Assembly: GCA_951406725.2 (NCBI GenBank)
Contig: OX597835.1
Span: forward strand, 50,592,001 to 50,656,000
DNA length: 64,000 nucleotides
Direction: 5' to 3'
Origin: Octopus vulgaris
Taxonomy: Eukaryota
Made by a program: the position numbers and the translations under genes. Within the stretch, counting starts at the first letter, position 1. Each line of letters opens with the position of its first letter. This document shows, one piece after another, positions 1 through 12,128 of the stretch. A model generated the notes under the pieces. It did no database searches and was not told where the DNA came from. It saw only the letters and a program-made list of their open reading frames with translations.

Positions 1-1255
1 AGGAATGGTCCCGGGATTTGGGGAAAGACAAGATTAGAGACGAAAGAAATTACAATTGTGGAACTCGAGATACTCTCTTCAAATTTAATAATTCCAGTCG
101 GCTGCATCAGTAAAATGGCACTCACTAAAAGTTGGTAGTTATGTATTTCATCACTGGATAAATTTCAGTCTGGATGGTCTGGAGCCCACCTAGGATAATA
201 GAGACCATATTGCAGACAGGTGGATAAACAGGTTAATTTGTGATATTGACAATTTTCCTTGTGTTTAGTCTGTCTTTGATACACTACAATGTTATTTCAG
301 AAACCCACATGGCATATGGATGCTTGTGTGTCTGTGCATGTGTGTCTGCATATATGCACAAATATTGTGTATTGTCAACTTGGCACAAAATATTTATATT
401 TAACCTCAACCAATAATTGAATTTATTGCTAAAATTGACCATAATTTAATCATGAATAATGCTATAGTAATTCTGTACTCTTGTATTTTACTGTGACGCT
501 ACTCCTGATTCGACAGGTATTATATAATTACTTACTATACTCCTCTTTAACAACATGGTAGCATTTTTGGCCGGATATGGTGCTTCATTAACATTGTTTT
601 CTATCGTCTTTCCAATTTCTCCCTACAATCCTATTTCTTGTATTAATTCATTGTCTTCATTTAAAATGCCAACTTCACAGTGTGTGAACTGAATTTTTGT
701 CTATCAAGGATTTTACATTTTTAAAATATTTTTATATGAGACCTGTATAATCTGGTTGCTTGAGTACTTTTCCTATGAAAAGTACATAATATTCTTGACC
801 TCCTTGGTCCCTTGTCCTGATGTTTTAAATATATTGTATTGGCTTGGTACCAGTTTGGTAGCTTGATTGGTGCTTGGCTGGGGGATGCAGTGGGAGTTAG
901 AAGAATATTGAGTCGGTGTTGACAAATAGTTATACCAAAAACTTGGCCAAGTGGAGTGAATTAATATTTTTCTCTTAGGGATAAGGCTGATAGTCAAAAG
1001 CCTGATATTTTGAACAGAATCCTCTGTTCAAGAGACAGGTCCTGTCTGATATGTAAAACTTCTCTTATTCATAGCAAAAAAACCCATTTATTGGACTTCA
1101 GAAATTTTCTGTATTCATAATTGTATATATTTTACTTTAGCAAGTTTGTCTTGTAAAATAAAACTCCACCCACAATGAATCCTTGCAAATGTTTAAATTT
1201 GAAGAACTGTATGACAGTGCTTGTTGCATGTTCTTCCCTTTCTGTCTGTGTTTTT

Positions 1256-1600
1256 TCAAAAAAAATTTTCTACTGTGGCTTGAGGAATAGTGCACATCAT
1301 TGTGAAGAGCTGAGTAGGCTGAGGGTGGTTGAGTGCAGGAGATAGGAGACTTGCCAACTCTGAAGAACAGAGGCCATTATAGTAGTTACAAGAAAGACAA
1401 AGAGAGGAGATGGCATGCTTGTTGGGTAGAGGCTGCAGCATGTCTGCTAGTGATTGAATGCCAACAGGTCCAGAATGTCTGCATGTGTGGTGTACAGCAG
1501 CAATGCCATTCCAGATATGGGAGCAGTAATCTATTGTGGGCCTTACAATAGGCTCAATATTGCAATGTCTGTGCTTCATACATTCCTTACCTGTAGCGTA
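1256..1600 (-). mobile_element. Degenerate non-LTR retrotransposon (CR1/Jockey-like) ORF2 C-terminal fragment
   Basis: Translation IVRPTIDYCSHIWNG...LQPL...SSLCLSCNYYNGLCSSELA resembles the post-RT 'RPxxEYCSxxW...LQPL..RR..SL..FY' region of LINE ORF2. Confidence 0.6.
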
Positions 1601-1925
1601 AGTATTTGTATGTTACTATAGTTACGTCTGGTTATAAACTAAAGAAAGAATTTCCATGCAGTCATCTGGAATGCTCAATGTTACATCAAAATATTCTTCA
1701 AATCTCGATTAGTCTTAAATTCATTTTATAAAATGAAAAAAACAGTATGATAGTCATGATTGGACTGTCTGTTATCAAAGATCTGCTCAGTTTAGTTAAC
1801 CTGAGACTAAACAGCAGCAGCAACAACTACAATCTAGAAATTTACTGTTATTTATAGTGCTTTGAGCAAGGGTAGAGCACACACATGTTATGATATATAT
1901 ATACTCTTATCAGAATATATATTTA

Positions 1926-4140
1926 TGCTGTGTAACTTTTAAACTGGTCAACAAAATGAAACTTTTTTTAATCATCAGAGTTGCTGATTGACTTTTTTGG
2001 GTTAATTTTTGATGCTGATTATGAATCTGAAGTCCAATTTCCTCTATCAGGTCACATTTTCATGTTAATGATACCTGCTCTTTTAACTTATAGGATACAT
2101 AAAGCATGTCTATATAAAGTATATTGAATACAAGATACGATAATTTCATGGCTTTTTATTGTACAAAATTAAAATTATTGTGTACAAATAAGTTAGAATA
2201 CACTCAAATGCATAACAACTTGAAATCTTTGGGATTTGGACTTTCAATGGTGTTTTGTCTCAGGTTCATCCCTATATAACATCCAACAGTAGTCAGTTAA
2301 CATTCCTGCATTCCAAAATCCTTGATATCGTTGTTCCATCGATGCAATATCTTGATGAAAGTATTCCCCTTGCTCATCAGACACTGTTCCAAAGTTCTCT
2401 ATAAAAAAGTCCAGATGTGAATCAAGGAAATGGACTTTTAGTGGCATCCGACAGCCCATTGCAGCGTAGGAGTCTGTGAAAATTTTCTAGGCAACAAGAG
2501 ATCTCTAGAGTTTAGAAATGGAGTGAAATGTCTTCTAGAGCCATTTGAAGGATTCCCAGGCTTTAAGCTCAATCTCATCCAGTGCTGTGAGGAAGTGGTT
2601 GTCTTTCAGGAGTTTTTTTTTATCTGCGAACCTATGAATGCACCCTCCTTCAGTTTTGCTTCAGTGATTTTTGGAAATTTGGCCTTCACATATTCAAAAC
2701 CTTTTGAGCTTTTCCTGGCAAGTGTCTTCACGAATTGTTTCATGAGGCCAAGCTTTATGTGAAGAGGGGGAAGAACATTTTCTGGGTTTAAAAGTGGCTT
2801 ACTCTGGATGCTAGAAACTCTCGGCTCATATGATTTTCGCAAAGGTCACTCTGATTGCACATAGTGCTTGTTAGTTGCATGACTGTCCCATAGGCATAAA
2901 AAGCAACAATTATTTCGTGAACCCAGATTGCATTCCCATCAACATTTCAATCACCTTCAAGTCTCCACATATTTTCCAGTTGTAGTTTGTATACTTTATG
3001 GCATTGAAGAGTACTTGCATGTGTTCATAACACTCCTTCATGTGGACTGAATGTCCTATGGGAATGGATGGTTTCTTATTGCCGTTGTGTAGTAATGCTG
3101 CCTTGAGGCTTCTCTTAGATGAGTCAATGAATAAGCGCCATTCAGCTGGAACAAACAGCGAAATAACTCATCAATGTTATTACTGAAACAAAGTGGTCCA
3201 TCAACAGAGAAACATGAAGTCAAATCCCTATTTATCTTCCTGAAATGAGTAATATAAACATCTTTCTTAAACAGACACTTTTCTTGTAGGTGAGATACTA
3301 GCTTTATCCTTCAACAATGACAAGTCTCTGACTAAATCATTTAACTCTCAAGAAAATTTCTGTGGTATGTCCTCATTTTCAATTGTGAAATCTGCATCCA
3401 CTTTGGTGTCTTCCACAGCAATAGTATTTTCTTCAGGAAATACATCTTTGTCCGACATCTGAAGGTCATTTTCTGGTGGTATTGGAATAGGAAGATCATC
3501 GTTTGTTGTACTTGTCTTCTTGCTGATTCCAAGTTGGGGTACACAATCTTATGCTTGGTCTTTATAGTAAACCCACATACATCAACGTTGCAGAAATAAC
3601 AGTCCATGAAATGATCCTTTGGCTCTCTCCATATCATAGGTATTGCAAACAGCATTGCTCTCTTCCTCTTATTTAGCCAATCCCTTGGTCCATTTGAACA
3701 AGCTGAGCAAATGATGTGCAGGGCCCAACTCTTATCTTGATCCCCGAGAGAGCAGCCAAATTATAACTGGTAGATCTTGATTTCACTTGTGATGGCACGT
3801 TGCTGAACTTTGGTGGTAAATGAACCACAGACATGACAAAATATATCAGGACTGTTCTTGCAATGCCTTGACATCCTGAGTAGAATTTGATGATGATGAT
3901 GATGATGACTTGGCACCTTAAACAGAAAGTAAAATTTATGAAAAAATTATGAAAACATAAAATTACAAAATCAATAGAAAACAGAAGTCAGAATTTACCT
4001 GTATAAGACGTTTACATGTAGCGATACTGCTGATGGGAGTTATATACCTCTCTTGTCTCATCAGAAAAACTGTGCCTGATAGAAAGAAGGAAACTAATTA
4101 CATTTTTGAAATCTGTGGACAAAACTACATATAAAACATC
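1926..4140 (-). mobile_element. Decayed DNA transposon, Chapaev3-like (CMC superfamily); transposase pseudogene at about 2244-3874
   Basis: Frameshifted pieces: MSRHCKNSPDIFCHVCG (ATG at 3874), GDQDKSWALHIICSAC, PMIWREPKDHFMDCYFC, PLHIKLGLMKQFVK, LKVHFLDSHLDFF..NFGTVSDEQGEYFHQDI..MEQRYQG...DYCW. Imperfect subterminal inverted repeats at about 1990-2060 and 4065-4140. The right end is cut by a SINE. Family name from motif recall. Confidence 0.75.
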
Positions 4141-4345
4141 GTCGGTCTCTTTTGCCGAACCGCTAGGTTGTGGAGACGTGGGCGCACCACTGTCGGTTGT
4201 CGGGCGATGTTGGGGGGACGGACACAAGCATACACACACACACACACACATATAGATACATAGCGGACTTCTTTCAGTTTCCATCTGCCAAATCCGCTCA
4301 CAGGGCTTTGGTTGGCCCGGGGCTGTAGAGGACACTTGCCCAAGG
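4141..4345 (-). mobile_element. tRNA-derived SINE (octopus-type, CORE-like), partial, with A-to-G changes on the + strand
   Basis: Reverse complement matches the SINE copies at 4905-5300 and 57415-57580 (ccttgggcaagtgtc, gaaactgaaagaag, internal CA/TG microsatellite). Confidence 0.85.
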
Positions 4346-4799
4346 TTCCCCTTTACTCAGAGGAGGACAGTGGCCCATGACTTTTGTAGGTACTCTGAGA
4401 TTGACACAAGGAAAGTTTGGAGGAAGCAAGGGGCTGATGGTATATTGCAGTCGGAAGCAGCATATCAAGGTATTGAGTTCCTTAGACCAGAGACATGATC
4501 TAAGAACCCGTAACAGAATGAACTCTGTTAAAGGTACTTGAAGACTAGATAGGGATGGTGAAGCCTCTAGCATTTGTCGGCTTTGATCAACTAGACCAGT
4601 GGTTCTCAATCATTTTTTGCCTTTGGACCCCTTTGATTCCAATTTTACTTTATGGTCATTCACTGTATATAAAAAAAAATCTTAGTGTATTTTTATAATT
4701 AAATATTAAGAATTGTTTAAAAAATTGCCATATTTTGTGTATTGTAATATCCATTTTATTGTGCATAAATATAACCAATTTATTGCACAAATTTTAACA

Positions 4800-4899
4800 G
4801 CTACGGCGTTACATATTCTAAAATTAAAACAATACAGAGAAGATTAGCATGGCCCCTGCATAAAGATGACACACAAATTCATGAAGCATTCCATATTTT
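4800..4899 (+). pseudogene. RNU6: U6 snRNA pseudogene
   Basis: gctacggcgttacatattctaaaattaaaacaatacagagaagattagcatggcccctgcataaagatgacacacaaattcatgaagcattccatatttt aligns collinearly with U6, including the ACAGAGA box and AGC triad. Several CpG-to-CpA changes and a damaged 5' stem. Confidence 0.92.
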
Positions 4900-4904
4900 A
4901 TCTA

Positions 4905-5069
4905 GGCATAGGAGTGGCTGTGTGATAAGTAGCTTGCTTACAAACATGGTCCCGGGTTCAGTCCCACTGTGTGGAACCTTGGGCAAGTGTCTTCTACTAT
5001 AGCCTCGGGCTGACCAGGGCCTTGTGGGTGGGTTTGGTGGACGGAGGCTGAAGGAGGCCCGTTGTGTGT

Positions 5070-5109
<40 letters not shown>

Positions 5110-5300
5110 ATGTTTGTGTCTGTTCCCTCAGCGTCGCTTGGCGGCCGATGGTGGTGTGTTTGCGTCCCCGTGGCTTGGCGGTTCGGCGGGGGAGACTGAT
5201 GGAGTGGGTGCTGGGCTTCTAGGGAGTGGGTCCCGGGGTTGATTTGCTCGACTGGGGGTGGTGCTCCGGCGTGGCCACAGTTAAATGACTGAAACGAGTA
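4905..5300 (+). mobile_element. Full-length tRNA-derived SINE, hyper-mutated A-to-G from about 5015
   Basis: tRNA-like head (tggctgtgtgataag A-box-like, gggttcagtccc B-box-like), ccttgggcaagt core, TA/TG spacer and 3' part ending gactgaaacgagta. Confidence 0.9.
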
Positions 5301-6074
5301 ATCTGTTATGGGCCCCCCCCCTCCCCCGAGCCATATGGACCCTGGTTGAGAACCACTGAACTAGACTTATTTCAAGGTGTGGCTAAACTTGTCCAATGTA
5401 CATTTTTTTTGTTTTCTGTGGAGGGAGGTGTTTGTTTTTGAGAGAGATTCAGAGATGTAGTTGATATTTCTAGCTAGTTGAAAAACTTCTGAGGAAGCCT
5501 CTAAGCTGCTACTATTACTTAAACAAGCCATCATAGGACTCTCTATGCAGTTGCATGACTTGCTAGAAATACTTCCCAAATCCCTCTCAAATTGCATTCT
5601 ATTGAATTTAGGAAAACTATAAAAACAGAACAATACATGAGATAATGGTTTTTTTATATATTCTCTATAATGTAGGGTGGTCATGGCTGGAATGCCTTTG
5701 GCAGCTTCTGCTCATTAAAGCTTGGCCACAGGCTCAATAATATGTTTAGGATTTAGTTGATTTGGGTTAGAGATTGAGCCTCAAGCTGCAAAGTAAAATT
5801 CTTCACCACACAGCCATATCTACACCCACATCACTTTGCTAGACAAAGTATGAAGCCTCTGGGTGGTAGCTTATACATAAGCATTTAGATTTTTCTTTCC
5901 ATATCCTTTTGATGTGGTTTGAGGATACCGTCCTTCCCCCAATCTCTTCCAATTTCAGAAGCACTGAAAAGAGTATGGATACTGCTTCACTTCCCTTCCC
6001 TCCCCTTCCCAATTAAGCAATTAAAAATATAAGAGCAAAAACTCATGCAATTTCAGGAAGATTTTATTTTTAAG

Positions 6075-6351
6075 AGGTTGCCAGCCTCGTCTGGACCTCG
6101 TGCCGGTGGCAAGTAAAAGGCACCATCCGATCGTGGCCGTTTGCCAGCCTCGTCTGGCACCTGTGCCGGTGGCACATAAAAAGCACCCACTACACTCACG
6201 GAGTGGTTGGCGTTAGGAAGGGCATCCAGCTGTAGAAACACTGCCAGATCAGACTGGGCCTGGTGCAGCCTCCTGGCTTCCCAGACCCCAGTTGAACCGT
6301 CCAACCCATGCTAGCATAGAAAATGGATGTTAAACGCTGATGATGATGATG
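6075..6351 (+). mobile_element. RTE LINE 3' end (5'-truncated copy) with (GAT)n tail
   Basis: aaaagcacccactacactc...ggcgttaggaagggcatccagctgtagaaa...gttaaacg(atg)n. The same block follows RTE RT sequence at 35252-36183. Confidence 0.75.
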
Positions 6352-6414
6352 ACCTATTAATGTTAGCACTGTTTTGCTTATTTACTGAAGGACTCTTAGA
6401 TTCATAAGCAGTCA

Positions 6415-6576
6415 CATGTGGTGTACAAATATCATTGTGTAGTTAAGAAGTTTACTCCTCAAATATGTTGTTCTGGGTTCAGTCCCATTGTGCAACATTT
6501 TGGGCAAGTATCTTCTACCATAGCCTTGGGTTAATCAAAATGTCAAATTTAGTTGACAGAAATTGTGTTGAAGCTT

Positions 6577-6612
<36 letters not shown>
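6415..6612 (+). mobile_element. Old tRNA-derived SINE 5' part plus (TG)n
   Basis: gggttcagtcccattgtg...ttgggcaagtatcttctaccatagcc matches the SINE head at 4905. Confidence 0.7.
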
Positions 6613-6615
<3 letters not shown>

Positions 6616-6619
6616 TAAT

Positions 6620-7190
6620 AGATAGATAAAGCAATTAAGAGTATGAAGCCAGGAAAAGCCCTCAGCCCATCAGGAATCACTGCTGAGATACTTAAAACAT
6701 CTGGTGGTGTGGGCTATGGCCTAGTCACTCGCATTGTAAACCAGGTAGTTCATGATGGAGTCATACCCAACAACTGGCGTAGCAGCACCATAGTCAACTG
6801 CTACAAGAGTAAAGGTGATGCTTTAGATAGAAATAACTACAGGGGTATCAAACTGCAGGATCAGGTGATGAAGGTCATGGAGAGGGTCATAGCCTAACTA
6901 ATTAGGGAGAGAGTCTGCTTCGATGAGATGCAGTTCGGTTTTGTGCCAGGTACAAGCACCACTGATGCCATAGTCATGGTCCGACAACTGCAGGAGAAGT
7001 ACCTAGCTAAAGATAAACCCCTATACTTGGCTTTTTTGGACTCTGATCCCTTATCTGGTGGGCGATGTGGAAACTGGGGATTGACGAATGGTTAATAAGG
7101 GCTGTACAGGCCCTATACAGAGATGACGTTAGTAAGGTTAGGGTTGGCAATGAGATAGTGAAGAATTCCAGGTAGAAGTAGGGGTGCTTT
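6620..7190 (+). mobile_element. RTE-clade reverse transcriptase fragment (pseudogene)
   Basis: MKPGKALSPSGITAE..W..STIVNCYKSKGDALDRNNYRGIKL..MKVMERVI*..QFGFVPGTSTTDAI..RQLQEKYL..LYLAFLD, the N-terminal RT motifs, with a stop and deletions. Confidence 0.9.
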
Positions 7191-7364
7191 ATGCAAAGTA
7201 ATTTTTTTATTTACCAATTTTAAAATATGTTTTTCACATTACTAAAAATGGTAGGATTAGGGTTAAACTTCCTCTATACTAAATAGGAAATATACACAGT
7301 AGATATCATAGCCCCATACCCACAGTTTACGCAAGTAGAGTAGAATAGTTAGTAGGCTGTTTTG

Positions 7365-7850
7365 TAGATAGATGTATGTATGTATGTATGTGTGGGTATA
7401 TGTATTTATATATATATGTATGTAGATAGATGTATGTATGTGTGTGGGGGTGGGCGTATGAATATATATATATATATGTATATGCACGTGTATGTAAGCA
7501 TATGGATATGAAAGTAAACAGATTAACATACAGATGGATAGTTACATAGGTTATATGAACAAACAAACACACATACACAAATGAAGACTAAAACACATGA
7601 CCATATATACACATACACTTTACTTCACACAAGGACACATATGGAGATGCAATTCCATACATACAAACACGGTATATAGTTGCAAAACATATGCACATAC
7701 ACACACACATACATAAAAACACACAAACATGGACATGCAAGCACATGAATATGCAGAATACATACATACAAATGTACACACATAGATAGATACATATATG
7801 CATACACACACGTGTACACACACATGTGTACATCCACACACATGTGCACA
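7365..7850. repeat. Compound (TA/TG/CA) microsatellite
   Basis: Alternating purine-pyrimidine low-complexity tract. Confidence 0.85.
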
Positions 7851-8289
7851 AACAAAAAGGAACGCAGTGTGAGTGACAGTCAACAACTATTGAAAAGGTT
7901 GCAAGATGCAACGAAAATTTTAGAAAAATAAAAAAATAAGTAGAAATTTTACTGGTGAGTGTGTTAAATTATAAGGCACCAAAAGAGAATGACTCTCCCC
8001 AGACACAACAGAATATGCTACAACACATGAACTCACATAAAGAATCTTGCAAACCAAATCCAAAAACAAAACAAAAAAAATGGAAGGGTTATACCACAAA
8101 CGGGTATATTGATTACTCACAGCATTTTTTTTTTATCATTGCACACAAAATGATTCCAGACAACTGTTCCATAATAGGGGTAACTGAATTTATTAAATTT
8201 TGTTTTGGCATAACTATTACATTTGAATGTTGCCCAAGAATACTTCATCAAATATTCTTTATGAATTTTTCCTTATTGACATTTTAGTG

Positions 8290-11200
8290 TAGAGCTGTGA
8301 TAAACTTTAAACATTAGTCTCAAGTGAGCAGCCAAATTTATTTCATGTTTAGTATTTTATTATCAAACATTAAAGGCCAAGAGTGGGATCCTCTGAGAGC
8401 CTTTGAGATAATCCTGATTGCACGTTTTTGTTAAGCATGAAGTTTACTTAATTTTGACTTGTTGACTCTACCCCAAGCTAGGTTACCATATATTAAATCT
8501 GGATTAACAAAAGAAAAATCTAACGTTTCCATTGCTTTGTTGTCCAAAAACCTACGTCCCCTTTAGATTATTCCAGTTTGTGTTGATAGTTTGGATTCTG
8601 TTGCTGGAATGTGCAATTTCCAATTCAAATTTTTTGTCAATAAGGTTTCCCAGAAGTCCAGACTTTTTAGACTTCTTTTGAGACAAAGTGAATTTTGGGG
8701 TTGTAAAGTAGATTGTCATTAGATGGTGAATGAAATAGTGTGCTTAGTTTTATCTATGTTCAGTGATAATCTATTTCGTTTCTTTGAATAATGTGCGGTA
8801 GACTTTATCTGCTAAGAAAAGGTCTGTATCATTGGCAAAGTGGGACTGGATGGTGCATATCATTAAAATGTATAAGGAAAAGTAGGAGACCTAATATTGA
8901 ACCTTGAGGAATACTGCATGATATTGATAAGATATTGATTTTCATTCAGATTCAGTGTCATCAATTTGCACAAATTGGTTTGTATTGACTAAGTAATTTT
9001 TGAATCTTGATAGTTATTTCTCAGAAACTCCATAATTTTCAAGTTTTTTTGTTAATGAGTATTCTATGACCAACAATGTTGAAAGCTTTACTGAGGTCAA
9101 TGAAAACTCCAAGTGTAACATTTATTTAACACAACTGTTGGAATGTCACTGATGAGTTCTATCAGCCCATATTCTACACCAAAATTCTTTTGAAAACCAA
9201 ATTGTTTGGAATAAAAAAAAAAAGATTATTTTTCTCAAAGAAATCATAAAGAGTGCATGAGTCTCTCTAACCAATTTGGGAAGACTGGTAAGATTGATAG
9301 TAATCAGTAATTACCACCTTCTGCCCTTGCTCCTGATTTCAAAAGCAGCACGACTTTTGCTATCTTCATTTCATCTCCAGATACAAATTAGTTTTGAAGA
9401 CCTGTAGTAATGGGATTTTTATTGATTTATCTGCAATTTTAACAATCCTTAGACTCAATGAGTCGTAACGAAGTGCTTTGTTTGTTTTCAAACCAGTGAA
9501 TGCATTCTTCAATTCCTCATCCTTAACATTTTGAAAATATACTTGGTCTTTCTTAAAAACTTATGGAATTTGTTTTGGCCCTTGGTATTTTTGACACATG
9601 ATTTGGACCAACATTGGTAAAAAGTTTATTGAATTCTTCAGCAATCAATTTCTTGTACACCTTTTTGACATTTATTGATATGCAATTCAGATAATTATTA
9701 ACAGGTTTGTTTTTTGAAAGTATTGTTTTCATGATTGACCATATTTTTTTTAACGTTTGTGTTTTTCAATTTAGTTTGGAAAATGAGAGAGTTTATAACT
9801 TTTTCTTTTAATGTGTTAACATTTTTTGCATATTTTTGGTATCTTTCCTCAATTTCGGGACTTTTATTTTTAATGTATTTCAAATACAACCTTTAATTTT
9901 GCTTAGAACTACACAAAATTTCTGCAGACATCCATTTGTTCAAAATAGACTTTCCTTTCACCAATATTTCTTTTATAGGAAAATATAAAGAAGTTTGAAA
10001 TTAGCTAAATATTTTCCATAAGATCTATTTTGAATTGCATATGTTGATAAGAGACATCCAATTACATTCTTTGAGCTTCGTCATCATCATTTAGCATCTT
10101 TTGTCCATTTTGGCATGGGTTGGATGGTTTGATTGGAGCTGGTAAGCTGGATGGCTGCACCAGACTCCGTTCTGATTTGGCATGGTTTTCTACAGCTGGA
10201 TGCCCTTCCTAACGCCAACCACTCCAAGAGTGTAATGGGTACTTTTATGTGCCATTTGCATGACACCAGTATCTGCCACAATGTTGATTTTGCTTGGCTT
10301 GATGGATCTTCTTAAGCACAACATAATGCCAAGTCTTGGTCCGTGAGGCCCAACGCTTCTAAGGAACTCAGCCATTTTGCCTCCATGATGTCCATCACTT
10401 GTTGCAAAGATTTAAACTTTGTGTGAATGTCCTCTTTTTAACAGTTACTTTCTTTGTTAGATTTTTTTAGGGCTGCACTGAATATTGGATAATTATCACT
10501 GACTTCTGCACATACAATGCCAGATTTAATATCCTGATTATAACTTAATATGTTGTCAATGCAATTGCTTTTTATTTTGTTGTTACACAGGTGACATTAA
10601 TGATGGAAGGCATAAAATAACTTTGATGCATTTTGGTGGGGAAAAAGTTTATAACCTTTGGATCTGTTTTGTATGCAAATGAGATGAGTTGAGTTTTGTA
10701 TGCAAATAGAGATTGCCTAATAGCAGTGAGGAACTTAGCTATATTTTGGTTGAAAGCTTTAATTTCCCCTTTTGTTGGCTGATATGTTTCCAAGTAAAAT
10801 ATTTTAGTTTTTATTTCAGTAAATTGAGCTTCTAGGATTACTTTACTTATTTGTAGTTCTTCCATTTGAAACTGTCCAAACACCTCAGTAAATACATACA
10901 ACCCCACCTTCTCATATTGTATCTTTGAGGTACATGGAAACCTTTATAACCAAGTAATCCAGTTTTTGAATTTAAATCCTCTTCTTTTTCGTCTTTTGCC
11001 CAAATTTTTTGAAGGCAAATGAATGAAATGGGAAAGCCGATAATGAGCACAAAATCTCCTCCTCTCGAGATGGTGGAGGGTCATAAAACTGAGTGTCAAT
11101 GACACTTTCTGAAAGTTATGAATTCACAAAATCATCAGGATCTATTTCACCATGTATGAGTGAATTGTTATTTCTTAAAATACTTAATAACTTAGAAACA

Positions 11201-11960
11201 TAGCAATTGTTAGACTTGTTTTGGCTTTTAATGGAAAAGTTAAACATTTTTTCGAGTCTACTAAAAAAGTAAAAACTCATTCATTTCTGGTTCAACATTT
11301 TCTTGAGCATAAAATTTATTTTTATGTCATTCTTTCACTTCAGCATATAACTTTCTCTTGGCATCAACAATCTCTTTTGAGAAATTCTTGTTTACATTAA
11401 TTCTATGTTCCTACAATTTCAGTTCTCTGAACGTATCCAAGACAGTCATGATGCTCAAAATCTAGGGACTTCGCTACAATTATTCATGTTTTGCTGACTT
11501 CTTTCTTCCTTGTGTGGTGACCCTGCTCAATTTTTATTTCTTTTTGTAGCCCCAAGATCTATTTGAAGAATGTTTGTAGCTTGTTTTTAGACTCTGCCCA
11601 GGTTTCATTGCTCTTACTTTCCTTGAGGCTCTTGTAACGAAGGCTGTTTCATTGCAAATTATCCACCAGCTCTAAAAACTTCATTTCCTGTTTTTCACAT
11701 TCTTCCAATGTCTCATCTCTTTGTTTTGTGATATCCTTCATTCTTCTTTCAAAAGTATCACTATGAAACTGGGTGCTTTCTTTAGATTCTATTATCTCAA
11801 GTTTTAAAACCAGTCTCTTCACTCAGTCTATCAGTTTTGGCCTCTCATTGCTTTACAGTTACTGTGAAAAATTCCATAATTGTCATTCTATTTAATTCCA
11901 TGATTTTTTTCAGTTGCCCCTTTGTAAATTGTTTAGCCACACTGGATATATCTTTTCTTG
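8290..11960 (-). mobile_element. Near full-length, heavily decayed CR1/L2-group LINE (ORF1, APE endonuclease, RT)
   Basis: Minus-strand remnants: ORF1 coiled coil and ETWAESKNKL..IKIEQGH (11300-11940); endonuclease ICLQKIW..GY..R..GG (10570-11050); RT motifs QFGFQK, LGVFIDLSKAF, PQGSILGLLLFLI, HFAND (8830-9210). Confidence 0.8.
10080..10390 (-). mobile_element. RTE 3'-end copy inserted in the CR1/L2 LINE
   Basis: (cat)n tail, then ctacagctggatgcccttcctaacgccaaccactcc, the reverse complement of the 6075 element. Confidence 0.75.
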
Positions 11961-12047
11961 TTGATGTGTGTTAGTAGGTATGAAACTTTTCTTGAAATGC
12001 AAGACATATATAAGAAATTAGAATGACAAAGGAATAAGCACTTCATT

Positions 12048-12128
12048 AGCTTACAACTGTTTCTACTATAAGATGAAATGCACTCATAATTGAATGCTTA
12101 AGTATCACCCTATAACTTCATCAGAGCT
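12048..12128 (-). ncRNA. Type I hammerhead ribozyme (somewhat decayed)
   Basis: Minus strand reads agct-CTGATGA-[12-bp stem gttatagggtga/tcatcttatagt with G-U pairs]-GAAA-cagtt-GTA-agct. It is enclosed by the 12-bp inverted repeat attagaatgaca/tgtcattctaat (12017-12028, 12162-12173). Confidence 0.7.

Larger units (their letters stand above)
4597..5358. mobile_element. hAT-type MITE with nested U6 pseudogene and SINE
   Basis: Perfect 13-bp TIRs CAGTGGTTCTCAA (4597-4609) and TTGAGAACCACTG (5346-5358); perfect 8-bp target-site duplication AACTAGAC (4589-4596, 5359-5366). Confidence 0.92.

Noticed and set aside
1-1200. Possible further exon of the host gene or a retroelement remnant
   Set aside because: No convincing splice-bounded open frame or recognisable motif found by eye.
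4800-4899. Functional U6 gene
   Set aside because: 5' stem damaged, multiple CpG decays, embedded in a MITE with no recognisable upstream promoter.
4905-4975. tRNA gene
   Set aside because: A/B-box-like head of a SINE; no complete cloverleaf.
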